Below, piece by piece: positions 1 through 9,446 of a stretch of DNA of 32,000 nucleotides. A program made the translations under genes and the position numbers. How positions within the stretch are numbered: position 1 is the first letter of the stretch; every line of letters starts with the position of its first letter. Source of the stretch: Synechococcus elongatus PCC 6301 (GTDB lineage Bacteria; Cyanobacteriota; Cyanobacteriia; Synechococcales; Synechococcaceae); NCBI RefSeq assembly GCF_000010065.1, contig NC_006576.1, positions 1,890,001 through 1,922,000 on the forward strand, written 5' to 3'. The notes beneath the pieces were generated by a model that worked only from the letters and a program-made list of their open reading frames with translations, had not been told where the DNA came from and searched no databases.

Positions 1-204
1 GGCGCCCGGCAGGTCGATCACGATCCGCTGGGGATTAAAGATCAGTTGCGCTTGGGGAGCGATCGCCCCTTGAGTCTTGAACTCTAGGCGATTCTGACTC
101 GCATCCAAGCGCCAAAACAGCAGTTGATTGGCTCGGGCCGGCAACGCTAAAACTGTCGTGAGTAACAGGCTGCCTAGACCAATAGCCCAAGTTCGCGATC
201 GCAT
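1..204 (-). CDS. N-terminal part of an AMIN-domain secreted protein, possibly N-acetylmuramoyl-L-alanine amidase (runs off left edge)
   Basis: Manual minus-strand translation from ATG at 204 is open to base 1: MRSRTWAIGLGSLLLTTVLALPARANQLLFWRLDASQNRLEFKTQGAIAPQAQLIFNPQRIVIDLPGA. It has a signal peptide (ARA-N) and an AMIN-like motif (RLEF..., P.RIVIDLPG). Absent from the ORF track because it is truncated. Confidence 0.75.
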   Translation of the reverse strand, partial: MRSRTWAIGLGSLLLTTVLALPARANQLLFWRLDASQNRLEFKTQGAIAPQAQLIFNPQRIVIDLPGA

Positions 205-253
205 GCCTGTTCTCCTCAGCCAAGCTCACTCTGCTGCCTGCCCGACGCTGCCA

Positions 254-1639
254 CTAAGAGCCAGGTTCCACAGCAGTCGTGGGTTCTCCTCGGAAGGCTA
301 ACCGCAACAGCGGGGGAGCCAGGAACGTGGTCATGATCACCATGACAATCACGCCTGCGTTCAGCGATTCGGACAGAATACCGCTGCTCGCGCCCACCCC
401 TGCAAAAACGAGGCCGACCTCACCGCGCGGAATCATCCCTACGCCTATCGCCAGACGGTTGAGCGGGGTCGAACTACCCACCAAGCGGAAGCCGGTGATC
501 ACTTTGCCCAGCACGGCTACAACTAGCAAGAAGCCGGCAATAATCAGCCCGGCCCGATTGACTGGATCGGCTGGGTTGAGAACGCTCAGATCGGTTTTGG
601 CACCAACCACCACAAAAAAGATCGGCACGAGAACGTCAGCCAGGGGTTTCACCTGCTCCTTCAGTTCTTCGCCCTTCTCGGTTTCAGCCAAAATTAAGCC
701 GACAGCAAACGCCCCCAAAATGGCTTCCAGACGCACAAACTGAGCAATCAAGCCCGCTAGGATGGCAGCGACCAAGGCGACCACCAGCACTTCACCCCGA
801 GTCTGCATGCTGCTGACCAGGTTGACGAAGAACGGATTCAGCCAGCGGCCGATAAAAATGGCACCCACCAAAAAGGCCGTCGAGCTGACGATCAAAATCA
901 CAATGTTGCTGGGGCGAATTTCGCCGGTTTTCGCCAAGCTGCTCACGACCGCCAAGACGATGATGCCGAGGATGTCATCGATGATGGCGGCGCCAATGAT
1001 GATTTGACCTTCTGGTGAATTGAGTCGGCCTAGCTCAGACAGCACCTTGGCTGTAATGCCAATGCTAGTGGCGGTGAGGGCAGCCCCGGCAAAGACAGCC
1101 GGAATCGTCGCAATGTGGAACAGGTAAATCAGGCCCAACGTGCCGGCGGCAAAGGGTGCTGCGACGCCCACAACGGCCACGATCGCTGCCTTCGTGCCAA
1201 CCTTGAGCAGTTCATCGAGGTTAGATTCGAGGCCAATTTCGAATAAGAGGATAATGACGCCAATCTCAGACAGCACCGAGATCACTTCTGACTGCGTCGC
1301 AAAAATCGTCGGCATCCAGTTGTCAGGGGCGCCGCTGATCTGCTGCAGGAAGTTGAGGAGAACGACATCCTCGGCTCCGGCTCCACTCGAGGGGAACACG
1401 AGAAGTCGCAGAACAGAGGTGCCGACCAGGACGCCTCCCAGTAGCTCACCCAGCACGGGGGGGAGATTGACACGCACGCAGAGTTCCCCACCCAGTTTGC
1501 TGGCGAGGTAGACCACGACCAGTCCTAGAAGCACAGAGACCAAAATCAGGGTCGAGGCTTCAGGACTCTCAATAATCTCAATCGTCTCGGCCAAGATGGG
1601 AGGCCATCCCAGCGCTGAACTCAAGAATTGAAGCATCAA
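254..1639 (-). CDS. Cation:proton antiporter, CPA2/Kef-type
   Basis: 461-aa ORF with many hydrophobic segments and CPA2-like motifs (NLPPVLGELLGGVLVG, IIGAAIIDDILGIIVLA, GMIPRGEVGLVFA). Confidence 0.88.
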   Translation of the reverse strand: MMLQFLSSALGWPPILAETIEIIESPEASTLILVSVLLGLVVVYLASKLGGELCVRVNLPPVLGELLGGVLVGTSVLRLLVFPSSGAGAEDVVLLNFLQQISGAPDNWMPTIFATQSEVISVLSEIGVIILLFEIGLESNLDELLKVGTKAAIVAVVGVAAPFAAGTLGLIYLFHIATIPAVFAGAALTATSIGITAKVLSELGRLNSPEGQIIIGAAIIDDILGIIVLAVVSSLAKTGEIRPSNIVILIVSSTAFLVGAIFIGRWLNPFFVNLVSSMQTRGEVLVVALVAAILAGLIAQFVRLEAILGAFAVGLILAETEKGEELKEQVKPLADVLVPIFFVVVGAKTDLSVLNPADPVNRAGLIIAGFLLVVAVLGKVITGFRLVGSSTPLNRLAIGVGMIPRGEVGLVFAGVGASSGILSESLNAGVIVMVIMTTFLAPPLLRLAFRGEPTTAVEPGS

Positions 1640-1674
1640 GTGTCTTTACACTCCTTGTACGGATACAGCCGAGA

Positions 1675-2505
1675 TTATGCACTCGGGACTGTAGTTGAAA
1701 GGACGCGGTGTTGGAGACAGGGCATCTGCTGGCGCACGGTAGCCAGCCGCCGAGGCGAGATTTCAGCGATCGCGAGGCCAGGCTCGCGCCCTGCATTGGC
1801 CAAAACAATCCCCCACGGATCGACAATCATGGCGTGGCCATGGGTTTGACGGCGTCCGTAATGAACACCCGTTTGTGCCGGCGCAATGATATATGCCGTA
1901 TTCTCAATCGCTCGGGCCTGCAGCAGTACCTGCCAGTGATCTTTGCCGGTAAAGGCAGTGAATGCCGCTGGCACAAAAATCACTTCTGCCGACTGATTGG
2001 CTAGATGGCGATAAAGTTCCGGGAAGCGGACGTCATAGCAAATCGAAAATCCCAAGCGCCCAAAACGTTCCGAGTCATAGACGGGCGGATACTCACGACC
2101 AGCGAGAACCGTTGCCGACTCCTGATAGGTGTTGCCATCCGGGAGGTCGACATCGAACAGGTGAACCTTGTTGTACTGGGCTAGGGTCTGACCATCAGGC
2201 CCAACGAGAAGTAGTGTGTTGGTGACGTGATTGTGCTCGGCTGGAACCGGGAAGCCCCCGCCCAACAACGTAATTTGATAGCGCTGGGCCATCGTTTTCA
2301 GGAACTTTTCGGTGCGTTCAGCAATCTCAGGGGCTTGCTGAACCTTTTGGGCCTCTTCCCCTAAAAATGAAAAGTTCTCAGGCAGACCAACAAGCTCAGC
2401 ACCCCGCCGCACGGCTAGGTCGATCCATTCTTCCGCTTGAGTGAGATTCTTTTCGAGATCCGGCAGACTGGTCATCTGCACAGCTGCGGCCAAGTAAGAC
2501 TTCAT
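1675..2505 (-). CDS. Carbon-nitrogen hydrolase (nitrilase superfamily, Nit/omega-amidase-like)
   Basis: Likely start is the internal Met MKSYLAAAVQMTS. Catalytic-type motifs: GLPENFSF (Glu), KVHLFDVD (Lys), GFSICYDVRFPELYR (Cys). Confidence 0.85.
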   Translation of the reverse strand: MKSYLAAAVQMTSLPDLEKNLTQAEEWIDLAVRRGAELVGLPENFSFLGEEAQKVQQAPEIAERTEKFLKTMAQRYQITLLGGGFPVPAEHNHVTNTLLLVGPDGQTLAQYNKVHLFDVDLPDGNTYQESATVLAGREYPPVYDSERFGRLGFSICYDVRFPELYRHLANQSAEVIFVPAAFTAFTGKDHWQVLLQARAIENTAYIIAPAQTGVHYGRRQTHGHAMIVDPWGIVLANAGREPGLAIAEISPRRLATVRQQMPCLQHRVLSTTVPSA

Positions 2506-2580
2506 TGCTGCGCCTCGATCGCAGGCGAAAAGAGCAGACAAGACCTCAGGATTCTGCCATACTCCATTCCCACGTCGCTA

Positions 2581-4026
2581 ATGCCTAAGAGTGGACCCAT
2601 GCCTGCTTCGCTTCGACGGTGGTTGAGTGGCATCGCAGCGATCGCCTGTCTGCCTCTGCAGAGCCCTGCCGTCAATGCCCAGATTGCACCGGCACCTAGC
2701 ACAGGCTACAACTGCGATTTGGCGCTCTACTCCGTGCCCCAAGCGAACCTACTAGCGCGATCGCTCCAAGGCGACACGGTGGCCGACCAGCAGTATCGAC
2801 AACTCGTGCGCGAGCTAGCGATGGAACTGCGCAACTGTCGGCAACAGGTCTGGCCCCGCAAAATGGCGATCTGGGTCAGACTATACAGCTGCGACCTGCG
2901 GCCGGGCGGCTTAGACTCCCTGTTCGATGGCCTGCAAGCATTGGGTTACAACGAAGTTTTCATCGAAACTTTCTATGATGGCCGGGTGCTGCTGCCCGCT
3001 GCCGACAACCCCACAGTTTGGCCGTCTGTGGTGGCAGAACCGGGATTAGAACGTGTCGATCTTCTAGCAGAAGCCATCCGCAAAGGGCGGGAGCGGGGCA
3101 TGTCAGTCTATGCCTGGCTGTTCACCCTCAACTACGGTTACAGCTACAGCCAGCGCAGCGATCGCCAAGACACCCTAGCTCGCAATGGCCGCAGCGAGAG
3201 CAGTCTCGAAATTGTGTCAGGAGGTGCGCAGGTCTTTGTCGACCCCTTTAATCCCGTCGCCCGGCAAGACTACCAAACCTTACTGCGATCCGTTCTGAGC
3301 CGTCGCCCGGATGGGGTGCTGTTCGACTACGTTCGCTACCCTCGAGGCACAGGGGCTGCATCGGTGATGACAAAAGTGGCTGATCTCCTGATTCATACGA
3401 CTGCTGCCCGTCAGGCTTGGATCAATCAGCTCAACACGCCGGCAGGTCAGGCGTTGCTCACGGAATATCTCGATACGGGACGCCTCAGTCCAAGCGATCG
3501 CAACCAACTGGTGCTGTTGTTGGGCGATCGCCTCAAGGAACTCAACCTACGACAGGACGTAAATCCACTCTGGTCATTGGCCGTCTATCATGCCTGGCGC
3601 GGTGTGGTGGAATTTGTCGATGAGGCTGTGGGCACGGTTGCGCAGGCAGGTCTGCCTTCCGGGGCCGTCTTCTTCCCCTTTGGCAATGCGCGGGTAGGGC
3701 AGCAGGGTTGGGACTCCCGCATGCAGCCTTGGGACCGATTCCCCAACAGCATGGAATATCACCCGATGAGTTATGCCCTCTGCGGCGATCGCCACGACTG
3801 CGTGATGGCAGAAGTGCAGCGGGTTTTGGAGGCGAAACCTAACTCAATCGTTCAACCCGCGATCGCAGGCACTTGGGGCGCCAACTTTAATGCCCATCTA
3901 CCCCTCGAACAGCGCATGGCCGCGCTCCGGTCAACCTTCGGCGATCGCATCGATCGCGTTAGTCATTTCTCTTTAGCTTGGATGGATCCCCAAGGGGAAC
4001 GTCAGCGCCAACGCTGTCGTCTCTAA
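2581..4026 (+). CDS. Exported glycoside-hydrolase-like (GHL10-type) protein of unknown substrate
   Basis: Signal peptide after MPASLRRWLSGIAAIACLPLQSPAVNAQ. Motifs RKMAIWVRLYSCD, GYNEVFIETFYDGRVLLP, MSVYAWLFTLNYGYSYSQR, VDPFNPVARQDY and DGVLFDYVRYP resemble the GHL10/DUF family. Start may be 2581 or 2599. Confidence 0.7.
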   Translation: MPKSGPMPASLRRWLSGIAAIACLPLQSPAVNAQIAPAPSTGYNCDLALYSVPQANLLARSLQGDTVADQQYRQLVRELAMELRNCRQQVWPRKMAIWVRLYSCDLRPGGLDSLFDGLQALGYNEVFIETFYDGRVLLPAADNPTVWPSVVAEPGLERVDLLAEAIRKGRERGMSVYAWLFTLNYGYSYSQRSDRQDTLARNGRSESSLEIVSGGAQVFVDPFNPVARQDYQTLLRSVLSRRPDGVLFDYVRYPRGTGAASVMTKVADLLIHTTAARQAWINQLNTPAGQALLTEYLDTGRLSPSDRNQLVLLLGDRLKELNLRQDVNPLWSLAVYHAWRGVVEFVDEAVGTVAQAGLPSGAVFFPFGNARVGQQGWDSRMQPWDRFPNSMEYHPMSYALCGDRHDCVMAEVQRVLEAKPNSIVQPAIAGTWGANFNAHLPLEQRMAALRSTFGDRIDRVSHFSLAWMDPQGERQRQRCRL

Positions 4027-4207
4027 AATCCCAATTGGTAATCGGACTGAGAAAAAGGATGGAGGCTCAGCTAACTGAGGCAGAGCGATCGGAATAGAAA
4101 AGGAATTAACCAAACCTTAAAGTACGAACAATCTTATCTTGATGCTCCTGTCGTTCCTATCACCTTAGAGTGACGGCAAGTCTTCTGTCGGTATGCGGGA
4201 AAACATC

Positions 4208-4834
4208 ATGACTCCAGTCTGGACACGCCCCACCCTTGCCTCTGGTCAGCTGCGTCAGGTTCTGGAACAAATCTACCGCGATCGGCCGATGCTGCATTTC
4301 ACCGCAGGTCAAACTGTTCCGCTGCCCCAAGATTCAATTTGGGTCGTTTGTCGCGGTATTGCCTTGATCACCACAAGCTATGAAAGTGGCGATGAGGCGT
4401 TGTTAGGACTGGCGGGTCCTTCGATGCCTTTTGGCTCTGCCCTCTCTTGGGTGATGCCCTACGAAGTTCAGGCACTGACGGATCTGGACTTGATTCGTCT
4501 CAAACTGGTTGAAATTGAGCAAACGCCTCTGCTTGCACAAGATCTCTTCTTGATGTTGGCGCAGCGCCATCGCCAGACCGAAATGCTGCTGAGTCCGATT
4601 GGTCAACGCCGCGTTGAAGACCGTTTGCGCAACTTCTTGCAACTGCTGGGCCGCGAATTTGGTCAGCCCGAAGATCAACTACTGCGCCTCAACTGTCGGC
4701 TGACCCATCAACACTTGGCCAACGCCCTGGGCACAACTCGCGTCACCGTGACTCGTCTGATTGGCCAATTCCGGCGGGAGGGCTGGTTAGATTTTGATGA
4801 CCAACGCCACCTTGTCTTGAAGGGCCTGCTCTAG
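4208..4834 (+). CDS. Crp/Fnr-family transcriptional regulator
   Basis: N-terminal cNMP-like region and C-terminal helix-turn-helix (LTHQHLANALGTTRVTVTRLIGQFRREGWL). The ORF opens at 4193, but MTPVWTRPT at 4208 is an alternative start. Confidence 0.85.
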   Translation: MTPVWTRPTLASGQLRQVLEQIYRDRPMLHFTAGQTVPLPQDSIWVVCRGIALITTSYESGDEALLGLAGPSMPFGSALSWVMPYEVQALTDLDLIRLKLVEIEQTPLLAQDLFLMLAQRHRQTEMLLSPIGQRRVEDRLRNFLQLLGREFGQPEDQLLRLNCRLTHQHLANALGTTRVTVTRLIGQFRREGWLDFDDQRHLVLKGLL

Positions 4835-4924
4835 AACGGGAGGTCTACTCGACGGGTTTCCACACTGTCTGAACCCGTGCTGTAGTCGCTAGCGTAGGAG
4901 AAACGTTGCGTCTGCCCGAGGCCC

Positions 4925-5248
4925 ATGGACCGAAATAACTTGCTGCAACATCTGCTAATCTTCGGCATTGGCACGACAGCTCGTGTGGCCGATCGCTTGC
5001 GGGGGGTCAGTGACGAGTGGGTGCGCACCGGACGACTGGATCCGGATCAGGCCAAAGCGCTGATTGATGAACTGCAGCAGCAACTCAAGTCTGAGGGCGA
5101 AGAACTCGACCAGCGCTGGCAACGACAGTGGCGCGATTGGATTAACGAGCTGGGGCTAGCTCGTCAATCTGAAGTGGATGAATTGCGAGGCCGGATTGAT
5201 CGCCTCGAACGTCAGTTGCGAGCTTTAGAGGATCGCGGATGGCGCTAA
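4925..5248 (+). CDS. Small alpha-helical/coiled-coil protein, phasin-family-like
   Basis: 107 aa, charged heptad-like C-terminus ([24 protein letters not shown]), resembling small cyanobacterial phasin-like proteins. Confidence 0.55.
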   Translation: MDRNNLLQHLLIFGIGTTARVADRLRGVSDEWVRTGRLDPDQAKALIDELQQQLKSEGEELDQRWQRQWRDWINELGLARQSEVDELRGRIDRLERQLRALEDRGWR

Positions 5249-5300
5249 ATTGAAGAGTGGCTTGGCAAACGGGCCAGCAACACTGTGGGAGGGTAAATCC

Positions 5301-5825
5301 GTGCGTGACATTCTGATCAGTTTTGCAGCCATGCTGCTCTGCCTGATCGTCTTTGTCGCGGCTCAGGTGTTTGGACCGACAACACCCGCTGCGATCGCTG
5401 CACCCAGTGCTGTCGAGGCATCTCCTCCGGTTGCGGCTGTTCCGCCAACCCCGATCATTTCCCAGACCACTCAATCGGAAACTATTGTGACGACAGCTTC
5501 TGGCCTGCAGTATGTGGATTTGGAAGTCGGCACCGGAGCTACGCCCCAACCGGGTCAAACCGTGGTGGTTCACTACACAGGCACCCTCGAGGATGGCACC
5601 CAGTTCGACAGCTCTCGCGATCGCAACCGGCCTTTCCAGTTCAAGCTAGGTGTTGGCCAAGTGATCAAAGGCTGGGATGAAGGCATTGCCACCATGAAAG
5701 TGGGCGGTCGCCGCAAGCTGACGATTCCGCCGACTTTGGCCTACGGTGAGCGCGGTGCTGGTGGCGTCATTCCCCCCAATGCCACGCTGATCTTTGATGT
5801 TGAACTGATTCGCATTGCAGGCTAG
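5301..5825 (+). CDS. FKBP-type peptidyl-prolyl cis-trans isomerase, membrane-anchored/exported
   Basis: GTG start at 5301 gives [22 protein letters not shown] (signal/anchor). FKBP core: [85 protein letters not shown]. The ORF opens with TTG at 5250. Confidence 0.92.
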   Translation: MRDILISFAAMLLCLIVFVAAQVFGPTTPAAIAAPSAVEASPPVAAVPPTPIISQTTQSETIVTTASGLQYVDLEVGTGATPQPGQTVVVHYTGTLEDGTQFDSSRDRNRPFQFKLGVGQVIKGWDEGIATMKVGGRRKLTIPPTLAYGERGAGGVIPPNATLIFDVELIRIAG

Positions 5826-5921
5826 AGCAACTCCCAAATCTGACTCTCGGCTGCTCGGCCGCTAACGAACTGCTGATACTGGAATCTTTCAGGTCAACAG
5901 TTTTTGTTGGATAGGTGTTTT

Positions 5922-6623
5922 TTAGGGATCACCTGCGATCGCAGTCAGATTTTCTTCAGCTTGGAGTTGTTCTAAGGAGCAGGGCTGAAGATCTAGTTCA
6001 AAGGTCTGGGCAAAAGCGCCTGCTACCTGCGATCGCACGACCTCTAGGCGCACGTCTGGACAAAACTCAACCAGACTGCCGACAGCGCGATCACTGATGC
6101 CACAGGGCACGATCGCTTCAAAGCCAGCTAGATCAGGGCAGACATTGAGGGCAAAGCCATGCAGGCTGATCCAACGACTGACTTGAATCCCGATCGCGGC
6201 TAGCTTTTTCCCCTCAACCCACACGCCAGTCAGTCCTTCAATCCGTTCGCCAGTCAGGCCATAGTTGGCCAGAACCAAGATCAGGACTGCTTCGAGCTGG
6301 CGTAGATACCAATGCAGATCGCAGCGATGGTGGCGCAAGTTCAGGATTGGATATCCAACCAGCTGCCCTGGCGCATGGTGGGTGACTTCACCCCCGCGTT
6401 CAATGCGATAGACCGGCGCTGGGGGATGCTGCGGATCAAACTTGAGATGGGCTAAGCTCGAACCCCGCCCCAAGGTGTAAACAGCCGGATGCTCGAGCAG
6501 TAGCAACACATCGGGGCGATCGGGGTTATTGCGGCGATTGTCCTGAAGTTGGCGTTGCCAAGCCCAAACTTGGGCGTAGTCTAAACAGCCGGCTTGCACC
6601 AGCCAAGCAGCACGAGCGGACAC
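5922..6623 (-). CDS. lipB: Lipoyl(octanoyl) transferase LipB
   Basis: Motifs [68 protein letters not shown] at 6623 ([23 protein letters not shown]) matches the usual N-terminus better than the ORF's ATG at 6752. Confidence 0.9.
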   Translation of the reverse strand: MSARAAWLVQAGCLDYAQVWAWQRQLQDNRRNNPDRPDVLLLLEHPAVYTLGRGSSLAHLKFDPQHPPAPVYRIERGGEVTHHAPGQLVGYPILNLRHHRCDLHWYLRQLEAVLILVLANYGLTGERIEGLTGVWVEGKKLAAIGIQVSRWISLHGFALNVCPDLAGFEAIVPCGISDRAVGSLVEFCPDVRLEVVRSQVAGAFAQTFELDLQPCSLEQLQAEENLTAIAGDP

Positions 6624-6828
6624 GAGCGGAAGGTCTGAGGCGGAGTTTGAGCAAGCAATTGTTTTGTTCGCCTTTCCTAGTCTAATCAATGATTTTGATA
6701 CTGAGAAGAGGCGATCGCTCTTGCCTGCATCAATAATTGTCAACAGACACAAAGGTTCTTAACGCACTCTTTCCTATCAGTTACAGAGTGATAGGGTGGG
6801 GGTAGAAAACTTGTCTGGGAGGCGATTT

Positions 6829-7452
6829 ATGAAGCTAGTCGTCCAGGGAACCAACATCGATGTCACTGCTGCAATTCATGATTATGTGCAGCAAAAGCTG
6901 GACAAAGCTGTTAGCCACTACCAGAGCTTCTTGACTGAGATTGATGTTCATTTATCTGTTGCTAAACATGCTAAATCGAATCCGCGTCAAACGGCTGAGG
7001 TCACCATTTATGCGAATGGCACGGTCATTCGAGCGGAAGAGTGCAATGAAAATCTTTACGCCAGTATCGATTTAGTTTCAGATAAAATTACTCGCCAACT
7101 GAAGAAATATAAGGAGGAACTCCGCGATCGCAAAGGTCAGCTCTCAACTGCAGAAACTGCTGATCAGCTCTCGGATGGTGCCCTCGTCACCGATTTGCTC
7201 AACGGCCGGCAGCCCGAACTTCCTCAGGACATTGTGCGAACGAAATACTTCGCTATGCCAGCCATGACCGTCGAAGATGCCTTGGCACAGCTACAACTAG
7301 TTGATCACGACTTCTATATGTTCCGCAATGCGGCGACGGGAGAAATCAACGTGATCTATGAGCGTAATCACGGCGGTTACGGTGTGATTCAACCTCGACC
7401 CGAAGGCAACTCAGAGAAGGCGGTAGTCGTGCGAAGTGAGGCAGTGCTCTAG
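6829..7452 (+). CDS. lrtA: Long-form ribosome hibernation promoting factor / light-repressed protein LrtA
   Basis: [32 protein letters not shown]-domain and C-domain [46 protein letters not shown], typical of long HPF. Confidence 0.92.
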   Translation: MKLVVQGTNIDVTAAIHDYVQQKLDKAVSHYQSFLTEIDVHLSVAKHAKSNPRQTAEVTIYANGTVIRAEECNENLYASIDLVSDKITRQLKKYKEELRDRKGQLSTAETADQLSDGALVTDLLNGRQPELPQDIVRTKYFAMPAMTVEDALAQLQLVDHDFYMFRNAATGEINVIYERNHGGYGVIQPRPEGNSEKAVVVRSEAVL

Positions 7453-7493
7453 TCTCAACTTGATCAACCCTTTTCTCACTCTCCGACAATCTG

Positions 7494-7520
7494 CGCCTGA
7501 CAGTTCTGTCAGGCGTTTTC
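7494..7520 (+). terminator. Rho-independent-type terminator downstream of lrtA
   Basis: Perfect 9-bp stem CGCCTGACA (7494-7502) / TGTCAGGCG (7507-7515), loop GTTC, followed by TTTTC. Confidence 0.8.
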
Positions 7521-8717
7521 TTGTTGCCATTGTTGCTGAGCAACCGTCTGAATGTGGTGCAGTGCGATCTGTTGTGCTTGGGCGATCGCTCGACAATCTT
7601 CATACTCAGGCTGAACGGTGAGGGGCGATTGCGGATCACCAGCGACCTTCACCCGCACCTCTCCCCACGGTGTTTGCACGCGATCGCGGCGACGCGGCAA
7701 GACCCGACGCTGTTCTCTACGGAACCGCAGGCCAATGGTGGTGGTCTCTCGGAAGAGGATGGTTTCGCAGGCTGCCTGCTGATCGGGCTGACAAATGATC
7801 GTCAGCAGCGTCCCAAGCCGTCCCTTCTTCATTGTGATCGCCTGGCTAAAAACCTCCAGTGCTCCCTGAGCGAGCAACTGCTCACTGACGTAAGCCAACA
7901 CCTGTGGGCTGCAATCATCAATTTGGGTTTCGATCACTTGAACCGTTTCTAGACTGCCTTCTGGACTTTGGGGCGTCATGACCAGATCGCTAGCGGTCCC
8001 AATCCAAAGCTTGAGCAAGTTAGGGATCGGCAGATCGTGGCTACCCGCCCCCCAGCCTGTCTTTTGGAGCTGGAGAGAGGGGGGTGGCCCAAAGGATTTT
8101 GCCAAGGTGACCGCGATCGCGGCCCCTGTCGGCGTGACTAACTCGCGCTCAATGCCATTGCTATAAACCGGCACCTGGCGTAGCTGCCAGAGCCTCAGCA
8201 CGGCCGGAACAGGCACAGAAAGCTGTCCGTGGGCTGCTTTGACGGTGCCACCCCCCGTGGGCAGTGCCGAACAATAGACGGCTTCAATGCCCAGGTAATC
8301 CAACCCCAAGCAGGTCCCGACAATATCAACAATGGCGTCGGTGGCACCCACTTCGTGGAAGTGCACTTGCTCAGGCGTGACGCCATGAACTGCTGCTTCT
8401 GCGATCGCCAACTGTTGAAAAACCGCAATACTCCAGTCGCGGACGCGATCGGGCAAACCAGCAGCTTCAATCAGAGCGACAATATGAGAAAGATGGCGAT
8501 GGGCATGTGGAGCTGCCTCGATCTGAACCTCGACGTAGGTTGCGGCCATCCCCTGCCGTAGCACTGGCGTTGCCACAAGCTGGTAGGGTTCGCTCAACGA
8601 CAGTCGCTGCAACTGCTGCTCGAGGTAGCTGAGGGGAACGCCTGCATCCACAAGGGCACCCAAACACATGTTGCCAGCAATGCCAGTTGGGCAGTCAAAG
8701 TAAGCGATTTGAGTCAT
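7509..8717 (-). CDS. larC: LarC-family nickel-pincer cofactor biosynthesis / nickel insertion protein
   Basis: Start MTQIAYFDCPTGIAGNMCLGALVDAGVP. Motifs HRHLSHI, HFHEVGATDAIVDIVGTCLGLDYLG, PTGAAIAVTLA, QTPWGEVRVKV of the TIGR00299/LarC family. Single uninterrupted ORF. Confidence 0.85.
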   Translation of the reverse strand: MTQIAYFDCPTGIAGNMCLGALVDAGVPLSYLEQQLQRLSLSEPYQLVATPVLRQGMAATYVEVQIEAAPHAHRHLSHIVALIEAAGLPDRVRDWSIAVFQQLAIAEAAVHGVTPEQVHFHEVGATDAIVDIVGTCLGLDYLGIEAVYCSALPTGGGTVKAAHGQLSVPVPAVLRLWQLRQVPVYSNGIERELVTPTGAAIAVTLAKSFGPPPSLQLQKTGWGAGSHDLPIPNLLKLWIGTASDLVMTPQSPEGSLETVQVIETQIDDCSPQVLAYVSEQLLAQGALEVFSQAITMKKGRLGTLLTIICQPDQQAACETILFRETTTIGLRFRREQRRVLPRRRDRVQTPWGEVRVKVAGDPQSPLTVQPEYEDCRAIAQAQQIALHHIQTVAQQQWQQENA

Positions 8718-8732
8718 ACGAGGGAAGGGACC

Positions 8733-9434
8733 ATGGCGAAGCACTACCGCATTCATCCAGACAGCCCACAACCTCAGCAGATCGCCGCAATCGCTGAAGC
8801 CCTGCGTCAGGGGGCTGTCATTCTGTATCCAACCGATTCAGTCTACGCGATTGGTTGTGATGTCAAAGACCGTGCAGCGGTGCAACGGGTGCGCCGGATC
8901 AAGGAAATTGACAATGACAAGCCGCTGACCTTTATCTGTCCGTCTCTCTCCGTAGCCGCCCAATACGGCTGCATTAGCGATCGCGCTTTTCGCTTGATGC
9001 GCGAACTGGTGCCAGGGCCCTACACCTTTTTGCTGCCCGCGACGCCCGAGGTGCCGCGCGTGGTCATGAATCCCAAACGGCGGACCGCCGGTATTCGCAT
9101 TCCCAACAACCCCATCTGCCAAGCCCTCTTGCAGGCGCTGGAAGGCCCAATCATCTCGACCTCGGCACATCTACAGCCCAGCGATCGCAAAGCTCCCTTA
9201 GCTTACGAACAAGGCCCCCATTGCCCGATCGCCCCCGCTGAACTGTTTGGGGAGGTCGATCGCCTCGTCGACATCACCATCGAGGTCGAACGCCAGGAGA
9301 TGCGGATTCTCGGTGCCGATCCTGATTACCAAGTGTCAACTGTTCTCGACTTGACCGATGACTGGCCCTTGGTCCTGCGCCGAGGCTTGGGCTGGGAAGC
9401 CCTTGAACCGCTGGGTTTGCTGGTCGAAGCTTAG
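8733..9434 (+). CDS. Sua5/YciO/YrdC/YwlC-family protein (L-threonylcarbamoyladenylate synthase-like)
   Basis: Motifs GAVILYPTDSVYAIGCDVKDRAAVQRVRRIKEIDNDKPLTFIC, PGPYTFLLPAT, RRTAGIRIPNNPICQALL, PIISTSAHL. Confidence 0.87.
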   Translation: MAKHYRIHPDSPQPQQIAAIAEALRQGAVILYPTDSVYAIGCDVKDRAAVQRVRRIKEIDNDKPLTFICPSLSVAAQYGCISDRAFRLMRELVPGPYTFLLPATPEVPRVVMNPKRRTAGIRIPNNPICQALLQALEGPIISTSAHLQPSDRKAPLAYEQGPHCPIAPAELFGEVDRLVDITIEVERQEMRILGADPDYQVSTVLDLTDDWPLVLRRGLGWEALEPLGLLVEA

Positions 9435-9446
9435 GCCCCAGCCAGC

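Noticed and set aside
35-229. Track ORF MSLAEENRHAIANLGYW... (minus strand)
   Set aside because: A different minus frame gives an excellent signal peptide plus AMIN-domain start (1-204), which is the convincing gene.
279-1511. Plus-strand ORFs antisense to the antiporter (279-743, 762-1007, 1140-1511)
   Set aside because: Low-complexity products rich in Thr/Ser/Arg/Pro, typical of the antisense frame of a hydrophobic-protein gene in high-GC DNA.
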